Under the pieces are notes generated by a model. It did no database searches. It saw only the letters and a list, made by a program, of their open reading frames with translations, and was not told the DNA's origin. The position numbers were made by a program, and so were the translations under genes. A stretch of DNA of 64,000 bases from Nymphaea colorata (Eukaryota), in assembly GCF_008831285.2 (NCBI RefSeq), contig NC_045138.2:6076001-6140000 (forward strand), read 5' to 3'. Below are positions 12,086-25,219 of the stretch, one piece after another; position 1 is the first letter of the stretch, and each line of letters opens with the position of its first letter.

Positions 12086-15000
12086 GATAGTGGTGGTTCT
12101 AATAAGAGGTGATTCTGCATTCATGGCAGTTCCGGAAGGTGGAGATGGCGCTGGCAATGGTGGTGTTCGTGATAGCTGCGTGCTTCGTCGGGGAGCTTCC
12201 ATACGTGAAGCCCAAGGCGTCGGAGGTCTTCAAAGGCTTCATCCCTGGATTTAACAATCGAGACGCCGTGGCTAATGGCATTGCCTTCTTGGGAGCTCTT
12301 ATCATGCCGTGAGTTATAAACCCCATATCCCCTTTGTTTTTTCGTTTTTCGTTCCTTCTGAAGTCGGATGCACAGAAATTTGGTCGTTGAAACCACGAAC
12401 AAGCTTGTTCTAGGAAGCCTACACTGCCCATATCTCCATTCTCCAGTACAAAAATTGGACAAAAGAACGCCGTGTCCGGTGCGTTTCTGGGAGCGTTCTC
12501 AGTGTTCCATGCTCAACCCCAAAAGACAGTCACAACACGTTATGTATATGTAACCTGCCATTATGCATGTTCCTATTAGCCTAGGTCTCACCTCAAGCTC
12601 ATCCCATTTAAATGGTTAAGAACTCCTTGACCTCTTTTCTTGCATTTAAGTTTGAAAATTACAAAAAAAAAATACCCAAATTAAACGAAGTGCAATCGAG
12701 CCAAGTTCATGTAACTCGAATTCAACTTATTTATAAACTCGAGTTTTTGGTCTTAACCAAGCGAGTTCGAATTGAGTTCGCCGACTCGTCCTACTACCCT
12801 AGGAAACATCAGTAAAGAAAGTGAGAACGTCAGTAAATTTATATACTCTCTGGGAGCCTCTGCTGGCTTCCAAAACGGAAGTAATTATATGGGAACGGGA
12901 TCTCAACATAGGAGACGTCCCATTGCATGGGATGCTAGAGGTCATGTTCATAACAATTCAGCGAATAGATTGAGATCATGCATATCCAGAAATCATGACT
13001 AGGGATCTTGAATTACATAATTAGTTGTGAGATCCATATACAGCGTTGCATGACTGACAAAGTGAACTCGTTTTGTCTCTTTCCTTAGGCACAACCTGTT
13101 TATTCATTCAGCATTGGTTCTCACAAGAAGACCTCCTCAGTCTGTCAAAGGAATAAATGTAAGTCTCTCTCTCTCTCTCTCTCTCTTTATATATATATAT
13201 ATATATATAAACACATACACATACATACATGGGGTTTCAGAGATATGAACACTAAATAAATAATCAAGTTCTTCTAATCAATCTATTTCAAAGTTAAAGG
13301 AATAATTTTTATCCCTTCATAACATATATTTATACACCGAAAAGCATTCACAACTTTCAAGTTAGGGAACTCGCAAATTTCTTATGACTTTGATTTTAAA
13401 ACTAGTAAACTTGTATCTCGTGTGCCTGTAGCATGGTAGTTTATCTGATTCACTTGTTCACTTCTGCCGGCTTTTCCTTGCTATGCACCAGGATGCCTGC
13501 CGATATTTCGCCATAGAGAGTGCACCACCAATGGCCCTGGCACTATTCATCAACATCGTTGCCATCGTTGTCGCTGGAAGCATTTGCTTTGCAAGTAATA
13601 TCTCGCCCGGAACGGCAGCTGCATGCAAGAACCTTACACTATACAATGGGGCCATCTTATTGAAGGTACAAAAAGCCGGTCGAACAACCCATCTTTGTTA
13701 AACTTGATTAGAACTTCAAACACACACACAAACACACTCAGCACGCACACATGTACACACACACCCTGACAAAAAATGAGAATCAAATATGCTGAATATT
13801 GCTGGATGGCTAAAAATTAATCATTTTTTTAAAAGTACTGTAAGCTATTGCTAAAATACCATAGTTTTGGCTTTTAGCTACATATCCGGCAACAATATCT
13901 GAATCTGGATTATTAGAATTCTTATATATATCCAGATAGTTGGAATTTTTGTTAAGATGTAATAGAAATTGAAGGTAGATATTAAGACAATAACACAGTA
14001 ATAATTGCTTTGGCAGGATGTATTAGGAAAATGGAGCAGACTAGTCTATGGCATCTCATTATTGGCATCAGCACAAGGCTCTGCTCTTACTGTTGGATGT
14101 TCTGGGCAATATGTCATGCAAGTAAGTTTGAGATACGTGGGATGCATACATTTTCATGAAATTTTCAGTTTGATTGATGTATTAGACCAATCCCGGCATC
14201 ATGTTTTGGATCCTCAAGGCCATCTATGGAGATCCCTTGGAACTGTATAGATTCATGGATGCCGCCAACTTGGGTGGTGTTATTTCATCTACAGACGACA
14301 GTAGACCTGAGCATGAAGATCCATACCCATATCCAATTAGGATTACATGAAACAAGTCCTATCCTGTTGCTTGCACTTTTATTGTGTGGACTGGTATCTT
14401 TTTCTATCATGCTAAGCCGAAATGGTAATTTTTGCAGGGCTTCCTTCAAAAAAAGACCAAGAAATGGATCATAACAGTTGTGACAAGAGGACTTGCAATC
14501 CTACCAAGCTTGATAGCTGCTCTAGTTGGAGGTCCATCTGCGTGTGCTCGACTAATCATCATCTCATCAGTATGTATTTCAGATATCCTTCATCTGAATA
14601 CCAAGGCACAATTAGTCTATGAAAATGAACCTTTATACATATATGTTGATGCCATTGATGGATTTCTTTTTGGGATTAACAAGAGTTGCATATTCTGAAT
14701 GCAGATGATCCTCTCCTTTGAGCTCCCATTTACCATACTGCCCCTCCTCAGGTTCACCAGCAGCAGGAAGAAGATGGGGCCACACAAGAACCATATAGCT
14801 GTAAGTTTCATTCACAACCAAATATCATAATTATAAAGACCATATCCATGTGATCAGTTTCAGAAAAAGCCCTGTGGATGCAAGAATATGACTTTGTGTT
14901 CAAATTTGGCCTTTTTTGCTATTACAGGTGATAATTGCAGCATGGATACTTGGATTGTGTGCAGTAGGAATCAATGTTTACTACCTAAGCGTAGGCTTTG

Positions 15001-15251
15001 TTGAGTGGCTGATCCACAACAATTTGCCAAAGGCTGCGTCAGTGATAATAGGGATCATAGTGTTTCCCATTATGATTGTCTACCTTGTAACATCGGTCTA
15101 TGTTATCTTCAAGAAGGTTGATGTAGCCACATACAAGCCGCCGCCACCACTGCCACTGCCAACCAACAAGGACTCCATGGGCGAGACCATTGAGGAAGAA
15201 GAGGAGATACCATACAGAGAGGATCTTGTAGAGATGGCTGAGAGTGAATAA
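10630..15251 (+). CDS. NRAMP: Divergent NRAMP1/5-clade metal transporter-like protein, 13 exons, ~560 aa, non-canonical metal-binding motifs
   Basis: Hand-spliced exons 10630-10812, 11161-11245, 11366-11406, 11485-11563, 11662-11766, 11888-11997, 12130-12308, 13089-13158, 13492-13665, 14017-14121, 14438-14569, 14705-14800, 14928-15251. All introns are GT..AG; total 1683 nt, in frame, no internal stop. Motifs: [75 protein letters not shown]-terminal EIPYREDL. Intron phases match the gene at 47299. Confidence 0.92.
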
Positions 15252-15505
15252 TCTAGTAGACCCAACAATCGCTAGTTATATGCTGCCTTTATTATTTTCC
15301 CCTTTTTTGTATAATTAAATTGGGGTTACGCCGTGCGCCCCTATCAGTGCAATCAAGCAAATGAACATAATAGAAAATTATTACATTACTTTTAAGATAT
15401 GTACGTCTTCTATAACACACACACACACACAGAAAAGGATTCAAATGTGCTGAATTATGGATGCTAACGGATGACTAAAAAATAAACATTTGGAGCTGAG
15501 AAATG

Positions 15506-15547
<42 letters not shown>

Positions 15548-18330
15548 CATTTCTGCATCACAAACCGTTTTTAATACCCACGTGGTAGTTGTGTCTTAGT
15601 GATAGAGAATTGAGGCTAAGCTTGAGTACCTCATGTTTTTAAGGTATTATAATGTTTTGATTTTGTTTAATTTTAATAGCTTAAAAAAATAGTGATAATT
15701 TGGAAAGCAGCTATATACCCCATGGATATGAGTATATTTTGTATACTACATTGAATATGGTCAATGTTTTCCTTTTGTTTTTATCATTAACCTTCGAGGT
15801 GTCATGAGCTTCATGGCTGGTGTTCCTGTCTGTCTGGTTTGAAGATGCAAGCGGAGTTTCCGGACATTGAACCAGAAGTTGACGACTGCTTGAGTGATAG
15901 CATCGCCTTATGGCAGAGAGAGGTTTGTAGTTTATATAGATGTTTTCAAATTTGCATAGAGTGCTGATACAGTATGAGCATGTTATTGCCTAGACCTCAC
16001 ATCAATTGAGACCCACAAGCAGAACTATCTCACACATGTTTGGAGTTAGGTGCCATGATACATACTTTGAAGATCACCATTATGTGGCATGAGCTTGAGG
16101 TTTTTACAAGTCATAAATTTCTAACGTATCTATGTTATCACCCCAGATTTTTCGAAAATACTGTATTCCTTCAAACATGATTCCAATTACGGTAATTCAG
16201 ATGTAATTTTGGACCCTGGGCCCAAGTTTACTCCAAAACAGACCTCCAGATCCGTGTCAAAATTCAAATATTGACCCTAGATTCAAACAGCCTTCTAGAT
16301 TCATATCCAAATTCAAGCCCGACACTAGATCTAAAACGAACCTCTAGACCCATATCTGAATCCAAATGCATGGTCTAAATTCAAAATCTAACTTTGGACC
16401 CAAATTTAGATCTAAACCCAAGACCTAGATCCCAAAATTCATACCTCAGCCTGAAATACGAAGCCAAGGTCATAATCAAGCCCAATAGTCAAAATCAAGT
16501 CCAAATTAAGAAAATGGATCCATAATGCTGCTTTTGGGTCCAAATTAGATCCAAAACCAAAGATTGGAGCCAAATGAATAATTTGGACTCAAGATTGCAA
16601 GTCGAGATCAAAATGATGAGTTTCGACGCTACTTAGTGCTGCACGTGCACACACAAGTCTCCCCTTAACACGCCCGTCTAATTCTTAATCCGAGCAATTG
16701 GTTTTTCCCTACATCGACACCCAGCAATTGGTTTTTCCTGGTCCACTTGCAAAGAATGAGACAAGATTAGAACTGATTCTTCTTTCTAAGATCAGGGTTG
16801 TGAAGATAGGGCTTACCATTTCATTGCATTGAGTGCAATGAATTTCTGTCTATTGTTCTTGAGATACATGGCCATATTTCATTATAAAAAAAATTTGACA
16901 TGCGTAGTTGATTTACTTTTCTCTAGCTGCTACTTATATTTATATATGTTTTTGAGATACATGGCCATGAAACACTATAACAAATGTTTCAGGAAAATGA
17001 TCTAATATTTGGCATAGATTCATGGAACAATTAAATATTACCATACGAACTTTAAGGCATGCAATTGCAATCCAATACACCCATCTCTCAAATGGATGCA
17101 GCCCTTCCAATACCTTCCCGTGAGAAATGACCGCTGCCCATTGTGCCTTCTCCTGGCTTTCTGGTTGATTATCTGCCCTACTCAATGAACCTTGCTCGCT
17201 AGGTTGAATGCATCTATGTAATTTGATTTTGGCCAATGGCCGAGTAATTCATCAGGAACACTAAGTTCCCATTCTCATTTACTATTTTGTTGATCACATT
17301 CCACATGCATTAGCAATCAATAAATACACATTAGTTCTTTTGCTTCTGCAGCTTTTCTTTTTGCAATTCATCTCCTTTAGTTTTTTTATCCGTTGTATGA
17401 CTCGCTCCCTGGGCTTCCTCCTTTGTGAGGGATTGGAACAATGGCGGACCCAAGCCAATATTTTTTGGTTGAGGCTACTTTGAATTACCAACTCAGGTCT
17501 GATGTAGGCACCACATTTAGCTGAATGGGGTCTAGGTTTAATGCCATGTAATACCGGAATGATCATTGGCCTACGAGCAAAGAGACTTTGTTGTTTCACA
17601 TATAAATAACATATAAATAGCAATTATGGTCATAAAAACATGTTTTTTTTTCAAAAAACATATATAAAATGCTAAATATAAGTCGGTTGTTTAAAACTAA
17701 AAAAATGCCAAAACGAAAAACATATTTTCCCCCTTTTTTAAGGTTTTTAATTTCAAACTTCTTGATTTTGTTTTCTGATTTTTACTTGTTGCTAATTTAC
17801 TTATGCTTTGATGTTCGTATCCTTAGTTTCTCACTTATTTTTTTCTCTCTAATTTTTAAGGTTTTTTTTTAAAATAAAAAATTTACTATATTTTTCTCAT
17901 TTTTTTTTTCAAACTCACTGTATTATATCGGAAGAAAAACTCATGTTTGGAACATGAAAATGTTTTTTGTGATTAGGGATAGCTTGGCAATGAAGGATAT
18001 TTTTCCAAATTTTTTGCAGAAGAAGATGAAATGCATTTAATAGGTTGAATGTGAAGCTTTTTGCTTCTTCCACATCAACAAAAGTGCATTTCAAGTGAAG
18101 TAGATTGGTAGTGTTGACAGCTGATTTTTAAAATAAAACATTTTAGAAGGGCTACATGCAAAACTGGTACGTGTGCAATATGTAAAGACCCATGTGCATG
18201 ACAATTTACTCCCTTTGAGCGGGTCAAAGGGACACATGAAATGCATTCGGGCCTGTGCATGGTATTTCTTGCATATAACTGCCTCTCAAGCATGTGTGCT
18301 TGTCGACACAAACATACCATTATTACACTG

Positions 18331-18370
<40 letters not shown>

Positions 18371-19199
18371 TGGACTTGCGCTGCATACTGTGGCCGTGTC
18401 CAAGCCCGACTTCTTATCCAGCTGGGGCGGTCGAAGCCCTGCCCTGGTGTCAGCACTACTAGTAGTCATCATTGGTGCCCGATGGCTGTAGGTGGCCACT
18501 AGATTGCACTATTTTATAACAAAACACTACTCAGCTTCCTTCCAAACTCTGTCGACTCTGCTTCCTTACTGTTTGTGCCAGGAGTGGAGCCATAAGATTT
18601 TGCCTAAGGAGTACTCGGATTAAAATGTCAAACTTTTGAGGGGCACCAATTTAAATGAAAAAGTGCTCATACACCTACAGCCTACACCTCCTCCCTCTCC
18701 TCCTGATTTATGTGGCTTCTTTGTGATCCGGCTAGCTCCCATGATCATAGATCGAACCTATTCCCTGGCGCCTTTGCCACTTTTTATCTGACCCATCCAC
18801 TTACTGCCGCCGCCCAAACGCTGCTTCTTGATGGCTTTTACCTCTGAAACGTACCCCGGAGCATAGGCAGCCTTTGTAGCTTCCCTTAGATTCAAGCCCT
18901 TTCTGCCCTTCTCGGTGGTGGCCCTCACTACTTCCGGCTTGGAGATACGTGGGGTTTTCCGTCCCATATTCAACATTCGTGGTTCATTACTTGCTCTTGG
19001 TTCTTTCAGCACCTTCTGACATTGCATTTTCCTAATCCATCGTCCACTTTTTTGTGGTCCATTACTGCTTCTATGAGAATCTATCAGCCTTGTCCTCCTC
19101 GCCAATCTCTATTAGTCATTATTTTGGACCATTATCACATTTTAAATGACAAGTTTTTCTTGGGATAATATCTTCTAGAATACAAAGTAGATACAGAAA

Positions 19200-22100
19200 G
19201 AGAGGCACATGCTGAGTTGTGAAGCTCATATTTGGAGGTTGAGCCTTCTCGAATATATTGTGAAACTAAAAAAAATTAGCTTTGGATGGTCTTGGCAATG
19301 AAGTAATAGACAATTTATAGCACACTGAGTATGATACATTGAGGAAATGATTTAAACTCTCCCCTTTGTAAAGAAGAGCAGAAGGAATTCGATCAAGATC
19401 TTTGGGGAGAAGAAGGAAAGGGAAGAAGACGAAGGAGTCATCAATACATGCTCCTACCCTAGGCGACGAAGTTCTCAAGAGAACTAAAAAGAAATATAAA
19501 CGTGCTCGGCCGACATCTGATATTGACGATAGTTCATCTGATGTGGCTGCGGCAAGTGCTGATGGCGCGATGTTCGCCTCTGCTCCTTCCATGCAAGAAA
19601 GAATTCCTTCATATAAAGATTGTCTTAAAGGTGCTACGCCCAATCGTGAAACTTGGACGGATTGGAAATATGAATCAAGCGATAACTTCTTGATTGATGA
19701 AACAGTGTCTGATATGTCTGATACGGAGGAAACACTGGAACAACGGAGGAAACACTGGAACAGGATGATTGTGTTTCCTTTTCTGCTGAGGAAAAACGTT
19801 TGGGTTATAAAGCTCTGTCTTACCGGATTAAACAATTATGGTTATTGCAAGGAATAGTTGATTTGGGCATTGATTATTTCTTGATTAAATTTGAAACGGT
19901 GGAGGATTACAAGCATGTCCTTGATGGTGGTCCTTGGGTTCTTGGAGGGCACTATCTCACTATGCAACAATGAACCTCAAATTTTTCTCCAAGTTCTGAC
20001 AAGATTGCCAATTTGATTGTTTGGATACGATTTCCAGAAATACCGTTGGAATATTACCAGTCTATGGCATTAAGGCATATCGCAGCAAAGGTTGGTCGGA
20101 TTGTTCATTTGGATGGCACTACGACAAATGTTATGAGGGGTAGTTTTGCTAGAGTTTGTGTAGAATTGGATTTGTCCAAACCTTTATGTCCTCTTTGGCT
20201 GGGTAAATTCCGTCAAAGGGTGGAATATGAAGGTCTCCAACTTATATGTTTTCATTGTGGACAATTTGGCTTGCCTCCTCCCAATCTATTGCGTCCTCCT
20301 TTGGACCTTGGATGTTGGTCCAACGTAAATCTCACAAACCTTTCAAAGATAATGCTTACAAAGGCAAGCTAAAGTCTCGTTCAAATTGGATTCAATTTGG
20401 TGATGAAAATACAAAGTTTTTTCACACCACCACGATTATCGGAGGAATAGAAATAGAATTTTGTCCTTGAAAGCAGGACATGGTGATTAGATTTTTTATC
20501 CTGACCTTATCAAGCAATTGGTTATTTATCACTTTCATAAGGTGTATTCTACACAACCTGTTGATAATAATCTGTCCCATGTTTCATAGGAAGATGAGAT
20601 TTTAAGGCTTTAAAATCTATGCCCCTTTCAAAGCACCTGGACCAGATGGTTTTCAAGCTGGATTCTATATTGCTAGTTGGGAAGTAGCTAAATCCTCTAT
20701 TTACAAATTTGTTCAAGATGCTTTCTTAGTTGGCAAATTTGATGCTAATTTATGCCAGGATTTTGATTGTTCTTATTCCTAAAGTTTATATATCAAAATC
20801 AGTTTTTCAATTTCGGTCTATATCTCTGTGTAATGTTACTGTTAAACTACTTTCTAAATTGCTTGTTAATAAGCTTCAACCTTTCTTAGAGAATTTAATT
20901 TCCCCAACTTAGAGTAGTTTTACCCCAAGAAGAGGATCTTCTGATAATATTATTTTGGTTCAAGAGGCTCTTCATTCTCTTAGAGAGAAGAAAGGCAAAT
21001 TCAGTGGCATGATACTGAAAATTGATCTGGACATTGGGACTTTCTCAGTTGGATTTTTATGGACATTGGTTTGCCCTCTCTGTTGGTATATTTGATCATG
21101 TTTTGTGTGACTTCATTTGAGATGAATGTTCTTTGGAATGGAAAATTGACGAGTTATTTTAAACTTTCTAGAGGAGTAAGACATGGTGACCCTCCTTCAC
21201 CTTATCTTTTTGTTATATGTTTACAAAAATTTTCTCATATTATTGATACTTTGATTCGTGATGGTGCTTGGAAACCTATTTCTCTGTTTTGAGGTGGTCC
21301 ATGTTTATCACATATTTTCTTTGCTTATGATTTGATTCTTATGGGCGAGGCTACAGTTGAGCAATGTGAGATTATGATGAACTGTCTTAATAAATTTTGC
21401 TCTTTTTCTAGACAGATGGTGAATTTTTCTAAATCTCTATTTTATACTTTCCCCAATGTTCATGAAGATATTCTTCAAAGTATTCAAGAAAGCTTCAGTA
21501 TGCATCAATGCACTGATCTTGGCCGTTATTTAAGGGTGCCAGTACATACCAATCGTGACAAGGTTTGCAAGCAATTGTCTTCTTGGAAGGCTTCCCAACT
21601 CTCTTTAGCTGGCCGTGCCACCTTAGTACAATTTGTGTCTAGTTCCATTGTAGTTTATACTATGCAAACTACTAAATTGTCAGTTTTTGTTATTAAGAAA
21701 ATTGATAGTTTGAATAGAGATTTTCTTTAGGAGATCAACGACAGAGAAAATGAGAGTTCATTTGCTGAATTGGGATATTGTGTGTTGTGAAACAGATAAA
21801 GGAGGGCTTGGTATTCGTAAGTCTGCTAATATGAACAAAGCTTTCTTTGCCAAGTTGGGGTGGCAATTGGAAGATGGGGATGATGGTCTATGGGCTCGAG
21901 TTTTTCAATCCAAGTATTTGAAACAATGTTCTTTTCTTCAAGCTCGTATACCACATAATGCTTCTCACACTTGGCGGAGTATAATCTTAGCCAAATCTCT
22001 TGTTCATCAAGGTTGTGCTTGAATTGTAGGTGATGGATCAGAAACCTTGTTTTGAAAAGATAAATGACTTGGTGATAAGTCCTTAGTAGAGCATTGTAAT

Positions 22101-23369
22101 GTTAACTTATCTGAAAAGAAACAAACTAAACATGTTAATGACTATGTTTGTAACAACAATTGGAATGAGCAGTTGTAAGCGCTTTTGCCCGTTGATATTA
22201 GGGAACAACTTTCATTTGTGCAGCTCTAACAGGATGAGCAAGATAGGAATTTTTGGCAAACTTTAGCTGATTGCAAGTTTTCTGTTTTTTTGCTTATAAA
22301 TTGCTTACTGTTGGTGTTCGCACACATGACATTTGGTCTAAAATGTGGAAAGTTGATATTCCCCCTCGGGTTAAGTTTTTTATTTGGTTATTATTTCATA
22401 ATATTCTTCTTACTAAATTTGCTTGTGTACATCGGAATATTTTGACAACTGCAGTTTGTCTTCGGTGTGGTGCTCTTGAGGAAAATACTCTGCATGTCCT
22501 CCGAGATTGTAGTTCTTCTCAAGCTATATGGGTGGTCTATCTTCATGGGCTAAATTGTTAGAGTATAATACGACTACTTTGGAGGTTTGGCTGAGGAATA
22601 ATATTTTAGGCACTTTTTGGTTAACAATATGATTCCTTGGTCTATTTTATTTTGCTTTGTTTGTTGGCATATTTGGTGGTGGCGAAATCGAGTTCTATTT
22701 GAAGAACGGTTTTTCTAGTCTGATGATGTTTTATTCCACATAGCTGCTTTTATTAGAGAGTTCAGAAACTATATGACCCAACTTCGATTACCCCAACTAA
22801 AAGTTCAAACCTTTATTGCATGGATGTCACATCCTTTGGGTTTTGTTAAGTTGAATGTTGATGCGGCTGCTATAACAAATCTAAGAGGCTTAACGATTGG
22901 TGGGTTATTTTGCAATGACAATGGAGAATGATTATTTGGCTTTACTTGTCGGGCGGGTTATGGTCATATAACGAAGGCCGAACTTACTGCTATTCATTAT
23001 GGTTTGAAATTACCTTGAAAAAGTGGCTTTCATAAAGTTATTGTTGAATCAGATTCCTTGTTAGTTGTGAATAAAGTTCTAAAAGAAGTGCAGCCTCGTG
23101 ACCCTTTATTCTAGATAGTGAAGCAGTGTCAAGAATTGCTGAGAAGGGATTAAGAGTGTGTCTTATGTCATATGTATAAAGAAACTAACATGTGTTCAGA
23201 TTTTTTTGCCTCATGGGCCTTTTAAGGATCCTTTGAAGTAACCATTCCTACCAATCAGCCTGGTCATTTGCATCGGTTGATTGATGAAGATCTGTTTGGT
23301 GTAGCTCAACCTCGTGCTATAGTTAGTTAATGCGGTTCTAAACCGCTCATATGTACCAAAAAAAAAAAA
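19200..23369 (+). mobile_element. Degenerate L1-type LINE retrotransposon (ORF1 DUF4283/zinc knuckle, RT, zf-RVT, RNase H; poly-A tail)
   Basis: ORF1-like VWIRFPEIPLEYY, RGSFARVCVELDLSKPL and ICFHCGQFG (~19400-20270). ORF2-like GDENTKFFH, FRSISLCNV, RGVRHGDPPSPYLF, LSLAGRATLV, GGLGIR, PPRVKFFIW..C..C, and RNase H VKLNVDAA/VESDS (~22845-23230). Many stops and frameshifts. Poly-A at 23358-23369. The 5' boundary is approximate and no TSD was resolved. Confidence 0.9.
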
Positions 23370-25125
23370 GATAGTGGGAAAACATAAAAAATCAAATCTC
23401 ATTTCTTTTCAAAATACCAATAAATTGGTTCCATTATTGAAACCCAAATCGGGTTATCTTCACTTACTAGATACCTTACTTTTTTTTTTTAAAAAAAAAA
23501 AAGATTCTTCACAAATCATTCATGGGTGATGCCAACCCAATACCATGCAAATCTTCACATATTGCCATATTGATGAACATATATTATCCTTTTCTAGTGG
23601 TTCATAAATATCTTTCTTGGGTGATGTCAGTTTAATGAAAGTTTGGTAAGGTTTTCTCCCTTAATTTTTTAAGTAATAAAAGTTTGCCAATTGGGATGGA
23701 ATCAAGTACTTAATTAACCTTCCAATTTTCCCTCAAATTCTTTTTAACATCGCAAAACTTATGTTAGCTTAAGTATGATCAATGCAACTAAACTAAGTAA
23801 TGGAAACATACATTTTTACCCAAGAAAGTATCAAAATTGATATTTTGGTAGAGAGAGAGAGAAGCAAACTTTAATGTATAGTGGTTCAATGTTTAAAGCC
23901 TATGTCCTCTCTCTCATACATACACTCAATCGTGTGTATTATGATGTTCCACTACAATGTTTATGTGCATTGCATTACAACGATAAGCCCTCTGTTTGGC
24001 TTCACAAGTGTAGCATTTCTTTCTTTATTTTGTTTCTTTCTATTGTTACTATGCTTCTCTTCAAGTAAGCCATTGGTGGGATGGGTACAACATTTTGCCT
24101 TTTCAATATTACCTTTGTGGTCTGAGTTGCCTTCACTCGTCTGTCGCTTTTCATAACACTTGCCATGTGTATATCTTTATGTGTCTTACCATATGTCTCA
24201 ACAGAAAGATGGTTTTACCTTTCAATCATGATTGTCGATATAAATAGAAGGGGAAACTAATTAAAGACATGGAGAAGTTCTATATGACGGTTTTCTCATA
24301 AAAAGAAAAAAATATAAAAAAGAAAACAGAGATGTGATCTGGATTTTAGAAACAAATCTAAGAATTACGTAAAAATGTTGCATAGGAAAAGTAAAATTTA
24401 ACGTCCTACAAATGGTTGATTTAGAAACCATAAGAAGTTGTCAGTGCCTTTTGGGCAGATTCATATGACATTCATAGATGTCTCTGCTGCCAAATGACCC
24501 ATGAATAGTCTTTCTTGGCATTTACAAACTACGAGGCATGCTCACCCATAGCTGGTGCTTTGAAATACTGGAGAAGTGATCACTTTGCTTGGCACAGAGT
24601 CCCTTAGTTTTCAGTCGTTGAAAACTGCAAAGAAGAATTGTCGACATGTGTGGACAAATTGTTTGCATACAAATTGTCACTGCAGCTATAATATATGCAA
24701 GAGAAAATGAACTATACTAAGTAAGTTAAGTAACTTTAGCAGTGAATCAATTTACAAGATCGCTAAGCAGAAAAATGCCTTTGTCAATGTAAAATAAGGA
24801 AAGGATTACACTGCGCTCAAAATTCGTTCCGTGCACATAAGCCACGTCAGAAATATGTTTTTGAGCTCCTTCACATTTTCTGTACGCTCCAACATGGTGA
24901 ATTCACCTAAGCAAAGCAACAAAGCTTCAGGATGCACAAGAAAAGATGGCTCTCATGCATAGACCAACTGAAGAACTGCTGAAATGGTTTCCTCAATAGT
25001 GGCACAAACAGCAACAGCATTGCAGCTCTAGCGAAAATAAGTCTTCATCATGGTGGCACCACAACATGCAAGTCAAGTTTATACTACTTGAATGAGCATA
25101 GAAAAGTAAGTTCTGCATCAAAATT

Positions 25126-25219
<94 letters not shown>

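Noticed and set aside
10630..15251. Divergent gene as an Nrat1-type aluminium transporter or EIN2
   Set aside because: It keeps the TM6 Met (ALIMPH) and has DPGS rather than Nrat1's DPSN. It lacks EIN2's long C-terminal domain and ends with the NRAMP1/5-clade PYREDL motif.
16133..16620. Possible LTR start TGTTATCACCCC followed by degenerate CCAAAT/CTAGATC repeats
   Set aside because: Probably a retroelement remnant, but no matching end or TSD was found, so boundaries cannot be supported.
18758..19105. 115-aa minus-strand ORF next to the LINE
   Set aside because: Non-ATG start, no recognisable motif or splice partners; cannot be supported without a search.
19266..19835. 189-aa minus-strand ORF
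   Set aside because: Antisense shadow of LINE ORF1.
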